Positions 1-9,628 of a DNA stretch of 32,000 bases are shown here, in pieces. Source of the stretch: Pseudoalteromonas tetraodonis (GTDB lineage: Bacteria; Pseudomonadota; Gammaproteobacteria; Enterobacterales; Alteromonadaceae); assembly GCF_002310835.1 (NCBI RefSeq), contig NZ_CP011041.1, positions 2,220,001 through 2,252,000 of the forward strand, read 5' to 3'. Made by a program: the position numbers and the translations under genes. Each line of letters begins with the position of its first letter. Position 1 is the first letter of the stretch. The notes below the pieces were generated by a model that saw nothing but the letters and a program-made list of their open reading frames with translations, had not been told where the DNA came from and searched no databases.

Positions 1-538
1 TTGTTGCCAAATGGACAGCTGATAACATTACTAATCCATTTGAATTAACTAGTATTTGTTCCAACAACTGTAACGGGTATCCTTCACCGTGTCGTTTCAT
101 CGCATGAATTCCACCGTGTACGTAAGAGCTTGAAGCTTTCCAAGTAACATCTCTAAACTCAGTTAGCATTCGAGTAGCTTCAGCTGGTGCTTTGCCATCA
201 ATCTGCTTAATCATTTCGCAATGCGAAGGTAGGCCATTATCAGCATTAGCCGTATTTATAGATAAGTCTTGCATGATCCGATCAACTTTTTTCTCAGAAG
301 CTCCCCAGAGTAGCCATACAGATCTTGTTAAAGCATCAAATTGAAGCCTTAACAGCGATATTGCTGAAGTGCAGTTACCAATCTCCATTAAGTTTTGTAG
401 AGAGTGAGCATGTTCAATTGCAATATCACACATTACCCAACTGCCTAAACATCGTTTACTACTCTTATTCGGGCCAAGAGAAATAATCATGTTTAATTCA
501 TTGAGTAATAAGTTCGAACGTTCTAGAAGTGACTCCAT
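1..538 (-). CDS. hypothetical protein (3' end runs off the window); last visible gene of the R-M/defence operon
   Basis: Hand translation of the minus strand from ATG 538-536 gives MESLLERSNLLLNELNMIISLGPNKSSKRCLGSWVMCDIAIEHAHSLQNLMEIGNCTSAISLLRLQFDALTRSVWLLWGASEKKVDRIMQDLS... It stays open for 179 codons to position 1. It is missing from the ORF track only because its stop lies outside the window. It lies 53 bp downstream of, and co-directional with, 592..1455. No family recognised with confidence. Confidence 0.55.
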   Translation of the reverse strand, partial: MESLLERSNLLLNELNMIISLGPNKSSKRCLGSWVMCDIAIEHAHSLQNLMEIGNCTSAISLLRLQFDALTRSVWLLWGASEKKVDRIMQDLSINTANADNGLPSHCEMIKQIDGKAPAEATRMLTEFRDVTWKASSSYVHGGIHAMKRHGEGYPLQLLEQILVNSNGLVMLSAVHLAT

Positions 539-591
539 TCATTTATCCCGCCTTAAGGCTACTCTATATTGCTCTATTGATTGGTAACTGT

Positions 592-1455
592 TTAAACCCC
601 TCTCATCTGAGAGGTATGTAGCCACAGTTTAAACATCTCTTTGCAAGCTACAGAGTAAGGTTGAGAATCATCAAGGTAATCTTCTTTAATAATTAATAAC
701 TCTTCCTCGATTTCATTGGTAAAGTCTATTCCCTCTTCTTCCTGTCGTTTAAAATATCTTTCTATTCGAAAAAAACAGCGTTGTAGCCCTTTGTAAGTTT
801 TCGCTCTACTTTCGACTAATTCCGGTCTATTTAATCCAAAATATTTGATAGAAGCTTTAGCTTTTAGCCGACTAACGCCGGATTGATTCACAGGCTTTGC
901 GATGGGACGCTCACACACTGGATAAAATGTTAGGTAGTCTGAAGGATTCTCTTCACACGGATTAATAAGTAGCGGGATTTCATTTACTTCACTACCCTGA
1001 ACTCTTAGCGTGTTTGATGTGGGATATATAGGAAAGTGGTCAGATTTACCTAGATTGATTTGATTATTACGTATTAAGTGACCCCTCTTACGGTTACAAT
1101 CTATACAAGACGGTAATAAGTTGCTCCAGTCGGCAGCTAACCACCAGTACCCAGGACTAATCGTTCCTTGTTCTCCTTCTTTTTGAATTCTGGCTTTAGG
1201 TCTGAAGTGCTCAATGTCAGTAGGATGTACATCAAGATAATAACTTTCACAGTAAGCACATTTTTTTTTGAATAAACTATGCAATGCTCTGCTGATGTCA
1301 GCATTCTTATATACTTTAAAGCTGTATGCCTTCTCACCTGGAACATAGTTGTTATAGAATGCTGTTGCTTTTTGTAGCTCTTCACTTGCTGCTGAGTTTT
1401 GGCCGTCACAAGAGCCTGGAACAGCAATTGAGGTACGGTCTCTATATATCATCAA
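592..1455 (-). CDS. stand-alone HNH-type nuclease-like protein (PtuB/TIGR02646-like), paralogous to the N-terminus of the upstream 729-aa protein
   Basis: 287-aa ORF. Cys/His motifs KCAYCE (aa 65-70), IEHFRPK (81-87) and WSNLLPSCIDCNRKRGH (110-126) are typical of HNH/His-Me finger nucleases. Its start overlaps the stop of 1442..3631 by 14 nt. Confidence 0.75.
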   Translation of the reverse strand: MMIYRDRTSIAVPGSCDGQNSAASEELQKATAFYNNYVPGEKAYSFKVYKNADISRALHSLFKKKCAYCESYYLDVHPTDIEHFRPKARIQKEGEQGTISPGYWWLAADWSNLLPSCIDCNRKRGHLIRNNQINLGKSDHFPIYPTSNTLRVQGSEVNEIPLLINPCEENPSDYLTFYPVCERPIAKPVNQSGVSRLKAKASIKYFGLNRPELVESRAKTYKGLQRCFFRIERYFKRQEEEGIDFTNEIEEELLIIKEDYLDDSQPYSVACKEMFKLWLHTSQMRGV

Positions 1456-3631
1456 TCATCCCAAGACTTTTAGCTTTTTCAAATAAAGTTTCAATTGACT
1501 CTTTTGACCACTCCGAGTAATAAAGATCCTTCCTGTGCTCTGCTATTTCTAGATCTATCAGGCGCGTCAACATCCGTTCTCGCTTTGTTAAACCAGTATT
1601 GCTTTTCAACTCCAGTTCTTTGGGGGGGCTGATGTTCTCAATTATTTCTATTGAATTAGAATCACTAGATTCACTAGCAACTCTTTCAAGCTCTTTGTAA
1701 TAGTCTTGAAGGATATCCTCTGTTTCGATGTCCTGAGTTGTTTGCAGCCCAAACATGTCAGATGTGAGTAACTGATCGACAGAAGCACCTTTTAATGAAG
1801 GATAATCTGTTATTGCAACCAGCTCATCATCTTCATCGTGCTTTAGTATCAATAATTCACCTTCATTTAAGCCTCTCAAAATTAAGGGATCATGAGTTGA
1901 AACATAAAAATGAACTAGAGGAAACGCATCTCTAAAAGCTTGCAGTATCTTAAGCCTCCAAGAGGGATGTAAATGAGCATCAAGTTCATCGATTAAAACA
2001 TATGCTTGAGTAGACTCTAGCGAACTTACTCCTTGGTCAACAGAAAGTAAGACATCCAATATATCGCAAACTATAGTAACAACTGTTTTATAACCAGCAC
2101 TTAGAACGTCGAAATTTATGTACTCAAATTCATTATTATTAGTCAGTCTTTTGATTAGTAACTTTTGTTTTTGGTTAATTTCGAACTTGACACCCTCTGA
2201 TCCCAATATTGATTCTAAGATATCAGCTATCGCTAATAAACTGTTGCGATTCTTATGCCTTTTTAAAATGCCTTGAATCCCATTCAGTCTAGCTGTTTCA
2301 TTGAACAATGATTGAATTCGAAAGCCCATTGCATTACTGAGATTATCTTTCAATTGAGATTTGGCTGCTAACCTATACGAACCGTAACTTAGCACGCAAG
2401 GTGAAAAATCAGTTTCACCAAATATAGTAACTCTTTGGTTTTGATTATTTTCACTTCTCGTAATTAATAGCTCATTTGTTAATTCGTTATTGCTAAATGA
2501 TACTTTAATCCGAGCTTCTTTATAATTTCGATGAATTATATCTTTTGCATTGAGTCCAAGACGACTTTTAGCTTTCACACCTAAATTGTTTAACCGTTCA
2601 GCACCTAGTAAAGCTAATGTAATCGCCTGTAGAATAGTTGTTTTTCCTAATCCGTTAGTGCCTAAAAAAGAATAACAAGCCCCTTTACCCTCCAACATAC
2701 GAACATCAGTACGAAAGTTCTTTATTCCTTTAAAACCTTTAATTTCAATACTCGAAATTGAGTGAAACTGATTGATTGGTATGTAATCAAAGTAGACTGA
2801 ATTAAAAGCCTGTAACTCAGCTAAACTTTTTGAGGTCCGTTTAATAACGGATGCAGGTACAACTTGAAGCTTAAGAAAAAATTTAATGCTATCACGCAGT
2901 TCATTGTTCTGTGTTGTCATAGCAAATTTAGCTAACAAACCACTGAATTCGCCTTTTGCTGAAACTAAATCCTCGATTCTACTTTTAATTTCAGCTTTGG
3001 CTCTTGGATCATTTTGATCAACGTACAAATCTGCATAATTGAATAATTCAGTAATCTTACTCAATCTTCTCTCTACTAAATTGAGACGGTTAAGCTTCAA
3101 AACTTTAATTGTTTCCTGACCAATTCTTGTGATTCCTTCGAGCAAACCTCTGTCATTAAGCTCAATGTGCTGAGATGGATCAAAATAACAAGGATCTATC
3201 AAATCTGCTTTTTCTATTTCCCTTAGTTGCTTCAGAGGCATCATAATCTGACCAGGATTAGCTACAGAGAAGTTATTTCCTTTATATTTTGAGCACTCAA
3301 TACAAGATAGGTAAAGGTTCTCCCAATCTAGTGTAAGCCAAGCATAATAAGCATTATCTACTTGCCCATTCTTCCTTCGAGCGCCACCTATTGGACGGAA
3401 ATGTTCAACTACAGATATGCTTTCTTCTACTATCGTTTCACAAAATGCACATTTATGTTCAAATTCGTTGAACAGGTCATATTTTATCTCTTTTAAAACC
3501 CATCCTTTATATTTTGGAGGGCGAACATATTGCTCCTTTGAAAAATATTCTTTTAGTTCTTCGAGGTACTTTTCTTTCTCTAAATTTAATTGGCTATGAT
3601 TAAAATAATCAGTCCTTTGAACATATCTCAT
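1442..3631 (-). CDS. HNH nuclease domain fused to an ABC/SMC-type ATPase (Septu PtuA-like ATPase with an extra N-terminal nuclease module)
   Basis: 729-aa ORF. N-terminal motifs: KCAFCE (60-65), VEHFRP (75-80), WENLYLSCIECSKYKGNNF (103-121). ATPase motifs: Walker A GTNGLGKTT (324-332), signature-like LSAGYK (510-515), Walker B YVLIDELDAHLH (544-555), H-loop STHDP (578-582). Only 34 bp separate it from the hsdM stop. Confidence 0.75.
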   Translation of the reverse strand: MRYVQRTDYFNHSQLNLEKEKYLEELKEYFSKEQYVRPPKYKGWVLKEIKYDLFNEFEHKCAFCETIVEESISVVEHFRPIGGARRKNGQVDNAYYAWLTLDWENLYLSCIECSKYKGNNFSVANPGQIMMPLKQLREIEKADLIDPCYFDPSQHIELNDRGLLEGITRIGQETIKVLKLNRLNLVERRLSKITELFNYADLYVDQNDPRAKAEIKSRIEDLVSAKGEFSGLLAKFAMTTQNNELRDSIKFFLKLQVVPASVIKRTSKSLAELQAFNSVYFDYIPINQFHSISSIEIKGFKGIKNFRTDVRMLEGKGACYSFLGTNGLGKTTILQAITLALLGAERLNNLGVKAKSRLGLNAKDIIHRNYKEARIKVSFSNNELTNELLITRSENNQNQRVTIFGETDFSPCVLSYGSYRLAAKSQLKDNLSNAMGFRIQSLFNETARLNGIQGILKRHKNRNSLLAIADILESILGSEGVKFEINQKQKLLIKRLTNNNEFEYINFDVLSAGYKTVVTIVCDILDVLLSVDQGVSSLESTQAYVLIDELDAHLHPSWRLKILQAFRDAFPLVHFYVSTHDPLILRGLNEGELLILKHDEDDELVAITDYPSLKGASVDQLLTSDMFGLQTTQDIETEDILQDYYKELERVASESSDSNSIEIIENISPPKELELKSNTGLTKRERMLTRLIDLEIAEHRKDLYYSEWSKESIETLFEKAKSLGMIDDI

Positions 3632-3665
3632 TAATACACCCTAAATATCAAACAGAGCTTCTCTG

Positions 3666-5150
3666 CTATGCATTCAACGACACTAATACTTGGCGAAAGC
3701 TGTCTAAGCCAGCTTCCATGTTTTCAATTATCTCTCCTGCTAATACTTCCGGGTCAGGCAGGTTTTCTAAGTCGGTTAGCGATTTATCTTTTAGCCAGAA
3801 AATATCTAAGCTAGTTTTATCACGCGCTAAAATTTCTTCGTGAGTGTATTTGCGCCAACGGCCTTCAGGGTTTGTTTCTTCGTTCCATGTTTCTGTTCGG
3901 TCATGTCTGTTCTCAGGGTTATAACAATCAACAAACTCTTGAAGGTCAGCCATTGTCATTGGCTTTTTCTTCAGCGTGTGATGAACATTGGTGCGATAAT
4001 CGAAGAACCAGATGTCTTTTGTCCATGCGTCTTTTTGTGCAGGCTTGTTGTCGAAGAATAAAACGTTCGCCTTTACGCCATTTGCGTAGAAGATACCTGT
4101 TGGTAGACGTAATATAGTATGAAGCTCAGTGCTCTCCATCAATCTTTTACGGACTGTTTCACCCGCTCCACCTTCAAACAAAACGTTGTCTGGTAAAACC
4201 ACTGCGGCGCGACCAGTTGTGTTTAACATACTGCGAATATGCTGAACGAAGTTAACCTGTTTGTTTGAGGTAGTCGCCCAGAAGTCTTGTCGGTTGTAGG
4301 TTAAATCGTCTTTTTCTTGTTCACCTTCTTCATTGGTAAACGTCATGCTACTTTTCTTACCGAACGGAGGGTTTGCAAGAACCATGTCTACTGTGCGTGA
4401 AGGCTGAGAAATCAATGAGTCATCACCGCTAACCAAGCTTTCACCGTCAATTTCACCAATGTTATGTAAAAACATGTTCATTAAACATAGACGGCGAGTA
4501 TTGGCGACAATTTCGTTGCCAAAGAAAGTTTCATTTTTAAGAAATGCTTTTTGCTGTTTATCTAATTTGTAATTATTAGGATCAGTTATGAAATCATACG
4601 CATGTAAGAAAAATCCGCCCGTACCACATGCCGGATCAGCTATAGTTTGATTTGGCGCTGGTCTCATACATAAAACTATCGTTTTGATTAGATCGCGAGG
4701 CGTAAAGTATTGGCCTGCGCCAGATTTAGTATCTTCAGCGTTTTTTTCCAACAAGCCTTCATAGATGGTGCCTTTAGTGTCAGACCCCATCATCACCCAA
4801 TTAACATCATCAACCATTTCAACTAATCGCTTTAGTTTTGACGGATCTTGGATGTAGTTTTGGGCCTTTGTAAATATTTGCCCCAACATGCCAGGCTTTT
4901 TAGCAAGCTCTCTCAGTGTAGTGACATAATGCACTTCAAGATCTGAGCCTGTTTCATTTTTAAGGCTCTGCCAGTTGTACTCTTCAGGTATACCTACATC
5001 TCGGCTATAAGGTGGTTTACTATACTCATCTGCCATTTTAAGGAAGATCAAGTAAGTCAATTGAGTAAGGTAGTCACCGTAACCGACACCATCGTCACGT
5101 AAGGTGGTACAAAAACTCCAAACTTTAGATACTATGCTTTGTGTGTTCAT
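3666..5150 (-). CDS. hsdM: type I restriction-modification system, N6-adenine DNA methyltransferase subunit M
   Basis: 494-aa ORF with AdoMet motif I DPACGTGGF and catalytic motif IV NPPFG. It has an HsdM-type N-terminus (SKVWSFCTTLRDDG) and sits next to hsdS and hsdR. Confidence 0.93.
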   Translation of the reverse strand: MNTQSIVSKVWSFCTTLRDDGVGYGDYLTQLTYLIFLKMADEYSKPPYSRDVGIPEEYNWQSLKNETGSDLEVHYVTTLRELAKKPGMLGQIFTKAQNYIQDPSKLKRLVEMVDDVNWVMMGSDTKGTIYEGLLEKNAEDTKSGAGQYFTPRDLIKTIVLCMRPAPNQTIADPACGTGGFFLHAYDFITDPNNYKLDKQQKAFLKNETFFGNEIVANTRRLCLMNMFLHNIGEIDGESLVSGDDSLISQPSRTVDMVLANPPFGKKSSMTFTNEEGEQEKDDLTYNRQDFWATTSNKQVNFVQHIRSMLNTTGRAAVVLPDNVLFEGGAGETVRKRLMESTELHTILRLPTGIFYANGVKANVLFFDNKPAQKDAWTKDIWFFDYRTNVHHTLKKKPMTMADLQEFVDCYNPENRHDRTETWNEETNPEGRWRKYTHEEILARDKTSLDIFWLKDKSLTDLENLPDPEVLAGEIIENMEAGLDSFRQVLVSLNA

Positions 5151-5226
5151 TCTTTTTCACTTAATTATTTTTTTGGGATAGTCGTTTATCTACAAATACT
5201 GATGCTCAGCTTCAACTATCGGAATA

Positions 5227-6777
5227 TTATATTTTTGCTTTTTTAGCCGCCGTTTTCGCTTTGCTGGCAGCTGCCTTTTCTGCTTTCTTTTTCTCAGCTA
5301 GTTCTGCTTTTTCAATCGCTATTTTCTTTAATAGCTCGCTAGCTGGATCATCATTTGGGTCTTGAGAGACTAGTTGCCCTGAGAATGCTTTCTTTAGAAT
5401 TGATTGCCTTAAAATGTCAGATTTTTTCAGGTTAATTTCAATATTGGTTAGTTCGTGTTCGACGACGGTTAACTTTTGTTCGAGAATATCTGCAATTTGA
5501 TTTTGCTCGTTGATACAACAAATGGGAACTGGTGTCATCCCAACATCAGTCTGGTTTATACTTGCTTGATTTACAGCATGTTTTGCATTGTCGCAAATAC
5601 GGTTTTTACCTGAAAAACTGGAAAGGTAAGACGTTAAGAAACTTCCTTTTAGAAAGTCATTTAGTACCTTAAACTTCATTATGTTGCTTTCAAAAACTAT
5701 TGGTTCATCAAGCTCTGGTATCTCACAACACTTACCTAAATACTCAATACTATTAACTCTATTAACTAGTATATCGTTAGGTTCAAGAACGTAGGTATTC
5801 AGCTCTTCCTTAGTAAGAGTTAGCCTTTTAAAGCCACCTTTCTTTACCAAACTTCCATCATAGAAATCATCAATTCGTACTATATAGTTACCTTGACCAT
5901 AGTCACTACTTGGCTTGTAAATACCGTTTTGAGCTGAACCGTTAATCAAGTTACCTAATCTAATCCACTGCCAGCTCTCTGGTAATGTAGGAAGAGCATC
6001 GATATCTTTATCTTCAAGAGAAGGAAATATCTTATGTTTTTTGGGCTTTGTTGGTTTTTTACCCTCTTTACCTTCAGTTTCCCATTCTACAACTTCTTTT
6101 TTCCAGTCTTCAAGTTGCTGTTGGTAACGAGCTTCGCGCTCTTGTTGAATGTGCTGGAGAAGCTGTTCCGGCGATTCAAGCTTGTCAGCATTATCCTTCC
6201 GCCATTCTTCGGTTAATTTGCCTTCAAAAGCATGTTTTAACAACGCTTGGCGATAAACAGCAAGTTGGGCCTTAGCGGTTTTTAGACTTTCAATTCCTTT
6301 ATCTAATTCAGAGAATAGCTCTTCTATTTTTTCAACAATACGGATTTGTTCATTTTCTGGTGGAATGCCAATAAGCTCTTTTGCAACCCACTGGTAATGT
6401 CGTGCATACCCTTTATCTTTGATTGATATCGCTAGATATTGGGTGAAATAAAATAAAAGCTTCGGTGTAATTGCTCCACTAGGCTGAAGAACTTTTACGC
6501 CATCAGCTCCGGCCACAAAGGGGTTATTGATTGATTTAACAGCCCTAGTGTGATCTCCAAAAACCAAGATAGGGAAGTTTGCATCTATGACTTTTTCTTC
6601 ATCGTTACAATACCCACTACAATCTTCTTTACCTTGATCTATAACTGGATATTTCCCTGATACTTCATACTGTTTCTGATTAACTTTTTTCCCATTTGTA
6701 GAAATAGTTGTAACTATATTTGCATAGTCATCTATCTCCCAACCAACAGGTAAGTTATTTTTATTTAAGTCACTCAC
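5227..6777 (-). CDS. hsdS: type I restriction-modification system specificity subunit S
   Basis: 516-aa ORF with two target-recognition halves, each opening with LPxGWE/LPESWQW. These are separated by conserved helical spacers (IVEKIEELFSELDKGIESLK... and IADILEQKLTVVEHEL...). Apparent GTG start sharing one nt with the hsdR stop. Confidence 0.88.
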   Translation of the reverse strand: MSDLNKNNLPVGWEIDDYANIVTTISTNGKKVNQKQYEVSGKYPVIDQGKEDCSGYCNDEEKVIDANFPILVFGDHTRAVKSINNPFVAGADGVKVLQPSGAITPKLLFYFTQYLAISIKDKGYARHYQWVAKELIGIPPENEQIRIVEKIEELFSELDKGIESLKTAKAQLAVYRQALLKHAFEGKLTEEWRKDNADKLESPEQLLQHIQQEREARYQQQLEDWKKEVVEWETEGKEGKKPTKPKKHKIFPSLEDKDIDALPTLPESWQWIRLGNLINGSAQNGIYKPSSDYGQGNYIVRIDDFYDGSLVKKGGFKRLTLTKEELNTYVLEPNDILVNRVNSIEYLGKCCEIPELDEPIVFESNIMKFKVLNDFLKGSFLTSYLSSFSGKNRICDNAKHAVNQASINQTDVGMTPVPICCINEQNQIADILEQKLTVVEHELTNIEINLKKSDILRQSILKKAFSGQLVSQDPNDDPASELLKKIAIEKAELAEKKKAEKAAASKAKTAAKKAKI

Positions 6778-9617
6778 TAAGCTACTAACTCACTATTTAA
6801 TTCATCTATAATTTTATTCATATCATCACCAAAGAGTTGATACATCTTGCCTAAACCACCTTGTGCATCAAATGGTGACATTTCCAGATCATCTAATTCA
6901 AAATGGAATGAATTAACAAAGTGTTCACGGATCATATGTAGCCACGCCATTTGTTCTTTAGTGAACTTTTGGTTGCTACCTGAGTGGTGCTTCATGATCC
7001 ACGTTTGGAAATTCTTGCTGACGGTGGTATTAAAGGTCGAGAGTTTATCATCAATGCCTACTACACGGCGAATTAATGCGACTAAAGCGGTTAACTCATT
7101 AATTGGCTTATTACCCTGTTCTTTTTTATTGTCAGGGTCTTCGAGTAATTCATACGCTTGCCATACATTTAGTGGGGCTAGTTTAGGTTTATCTGATTTG
7201 AGTTTTTCGAGCACCTCTTTGACCATATCAAAGGTAATTTCACGACGACGGTGTGGCTGGTCGTAGAATATTTCCAACGCGGTAATCTCATCTTTGTTTT
7301 GCTCTAGGTATTCAACAAAATCTTTGCAGATATCAGATGCTTGTTCGGTTGTCGCTTTTTCCCAATCAGCTATTTGCACTTCATCGATGTTGTCATGATC
7401 TATCTTTTGGTCTTTATCTCGGCGTATGGTATCGATAAGCTCAATTAACTCTCCGTTAAATACATTGGCGGCTTTACTTACCATCTCAGCTTGGGCTTTG
7501 TTGCGATTATCTTCGCCTGGGTCTGTGCCTTTTGGCTGTTTTGCCAGTATTAACGCTTGCTCTTCTACTTTGTCGCCATCAATAGCCGAGAATAAATCAA
7601 CTACCATTTGAGTAATTGAGACACCACCTGATACCTTTTCAATTCTCTTTTTATCGTCGGCATCTAGCTGCTTGTTCAATCGTGCTAACCTGCCAGCAAG
7701 TGAACTTACAGAGTCAGTATCACTAGCCCCCATCATGATGCCCATAGCCAAATCTTTGAGTGGTACAGATGGTTTAGTGATTAAAGGCTGACTCGCTGTT
7801 TTAAGTGATTTAGTAACACCAATTGCATCAACAATAACATAGTGCGTTTTTGCAGACTTTGCATCTGGCGTTACCTTGATTAATTCATCATGGTCAAAAG
7901 TACGTGTTCCGCGACCTTTCATTTGCTCGAAATAGTTTCGACTTTTAACATCTCTCATGAACACAAGGCACTCAAGTGGTTTTATATCTGTACCTGTTGC
8001 TATCATATCAACGGTTACTGCAATGCGAGGTTCGTATAGATTTCTGAAGCTGGAGAGTACCGATTTAGGATCTTCACCTTGCTCGATTACATTACCTTCT
8101 TTATCTGTTTTGTCTTTCTTTACACGGTAGGTGATTTTTTTACAGAAAGAGTTACCTTCGTCAAACTCTTCTCGAACCGTTTGAATAATATCGTCAGCAT
8201 GGCTGTCGGTTTTTGCAAAGATTAATGTTTTTGGCACATGTTCTCTATCAGGGAAAATGACAGGTAAACTCTCTTTGAAGGTTTTGATGACTGTACGAAT
8301 TTGACTAGGGTTTACGATATCTTTATCAAGCTGTTTTGCACTGTACTTTTCATCTTCATCTTGTTGCTCCCAGCGTTTTTTACGTGTCACACGTTCTCGG
8401 TGCTCAACTTGCTGCTTAGCTTGTAACGTTTCACCTTCTTTGGTAATTCTGGTTTGAATGGTAAAAACTTCATTACCTACGTTAACACCATCAGCAACAG
8501 CTTTTTCGTGGCTATAGTCACTGACAATGTTTTGCTTAAAGAAACCATAAGTGCGGTTATCGGGGGTTGCTGTTAAGCCAATCAGGAAAGCATCAAAGTA
8601 ATCTAATACTTGCTGCCATAAGTTATAGATTGAGCGGTGACATTCATCGATAAAAATGAAATCAAAATGCTCTATAGGTACTTTGGGGTTGTAAACAACA
8701 GGAACTGGCTCTTTAGGCTTGGTAAGTTGTTCAGCGGGGTTTTGCTCTTCTAATGTTTCGTCTAACTCTTCATCTTTTAAAATGGAGTACATTCGCTGGA
8801 TGGTACTGATACACACCTCAGCATCTTTAGGCACAAACTTTGACTTTAAGCGCTGTACGACATGCAGTTCGGTAAACTTACGGGTGTCGTCACTTGGCGT
8901 AAAGTTGAGCATTTCTTGCTCAGCTTGCTCACCCAAGTTTTTAGTATCCACTAAAAAGAGAATACGCTTACCCTTGGCATGTTTAAGAATGCGATACATG
9001 GATGTAATAGCGGTATAAGTTTTACCAGCGCCAGTTGCCATTTGGATAAGCGCTCTCGGCCTCGCTTTTTGAAGCGAGTCTTCAAGGTTTGTTATTGCTG
9101 TTTCTTGGCAATCACGCAGCCCTAAATCTTTTGCAGGTAGCTTTGCTGGATTTAACGGTGGAATATCTTGAAGACGAGCACGAAGAGAGTTTCCTTGTTC
9201 AACCCATGCTTTTAGCGTTTCAGGTCTATGAAAACTAAAAACTTCACGGGAGCGAGGCTTAGGATCTCTGCCATCTGTAAAACGTGTAATAACACCTGTA
9301 CTTTCATATAAAAAAGGAAGAGGTTCACTATTGTTGACCCATTTAAGCTTTGCGTTAGCGTAGCCTTCGGTTTGGTCTTCAACGGCAGTGATTTTCTCAC
9401 CTGCTTCTTCTCGTTTAGCTTCGATAACCCCAACGGCTTTTTTATCAACAAAAAGAACATAATCGGCGGGGCCTACATCTGTCTGGTATTCACGAATAGC
9501 TTGACCGATACCGTCATTCAAGTTAATTTTGGTTTTATCTTGAACAGTCCAACCTGCAAGTTTTAGCATTTCATCGATTTTATCGCGTGCTATTTGTTCT
9601 GCGTTTTGATTTACCAA
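6777..9617 (-). CDS. hsdR: type I restriction enzyme R subunit (helicase/endonuclease), EcoEI-like C-terminal region
   Basis: 946-aa ORF. HsdR-type N-terminus (ARDKIDEMLKLAGW). SF2 helicase motifs MATGAGKT, DECHRS, TATP and QMKGRGTR. Contiguous with hsdS and hsdM. Confidence 0.93.
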   Translation of the reverse strand: MVNQNAEQIARDKIDEMLKLAGWTVQDKTKINLNDGIGQAIREYQTDVGPADYVLFVDKKAVGVIEAKREEAGEKITAVEDQTEGYANAKLKWVNNSEPLPFLYESTGVITRFTDGRDPKPRSREVFSFHRPETLKAWVEQGNSLRARLQDIPPLNPAKLPAKDLGLRDCQETAITNLEDSLQKARPRALIQMATGAGKTYTAITSMYRILKHAKGKRILFLVDTKNLGEQAEQEMLNFTPSDDTRKFTELHVVQRLKSKFVPKDAEVCISTIQRMYSILKDEELDETLEEQNPAEQLTKPKEPVPVVYNPKVPIEHFDFIFIDECHRSIYNLWQQVLDYFDAFLIGLTATPDNRTYGFFKQNIVSDYSHEKAVADGVNVGNEVFTIQTRITKEGETLQAKQQVEHRERVTRKKRWEQQDEDEKYSAKQLDKDIVNPSQIRTVIKTFKESLPVIFPDREHVPKTLIFAKTDSHADDIIQTVREEFDEGNSFCKKITYRVKKDKTDKEGNVIEQGEDPKSVLSSFRNLYEPRIAVTVDMIATGTDIKPLECLVFMRDVKSRNYFEQMKGRGTRTFDHDELIKVTPDAKSAKTHYVIVDAIGVTKSLKTASQPLITKPSVPLKDLAMGIMMGASDTDSVSSLAGRLARLNKQLDADDKKRIEKVSGGVSITQMVVDLFSAIDGDKVEEQALILAKQPKGTDPGEDNRNKAQAEMVSKAANVFNGELIELIDTIRRDKDQKIDHDNIDEVQIADWEKATTEQASDICKDFVEYLEQNKDEITALEIFYDQPHRRREITFDMVKEVLEKLKSDKPKLAPLNVWQAYELLEDPDNKKEQGNKPINELTALVALIRRVVGIDDKLSTFNTTVSKNFQTWIMKHHSGSNQKFTKEQMAWLHMIREHFVNSFHFELDDLEMSPFDAQGGLGKMYQLFGDDMNKIIDELNSELVA

Positions 9618-9628
9618 CTTTACTCTCC

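Noticed and set aside
1137-4117. Short ORFs 1137..1427 (-), 1326..1520 (+), 3417..3599 (+), 3840..4061 (+) and 3872..4117 (+)
   Set aside because: They overlap the HNH, HNH-ATPase and hsdM genes in alternative frames or strands. They are low-complexity products without motifs.
6034-9566. Plus-strand ORFs inside hsdS/hsdR (6034..6216, 6048..6275, 6847..7266, 7426..7611, 8719..9018, 9372..9566) and the out-of-frame minus-strand ORF 9212..9460
   Set aside because: All are embedded in the hsdS/hsdR coding sequences in other frames and show no independent coding signals.
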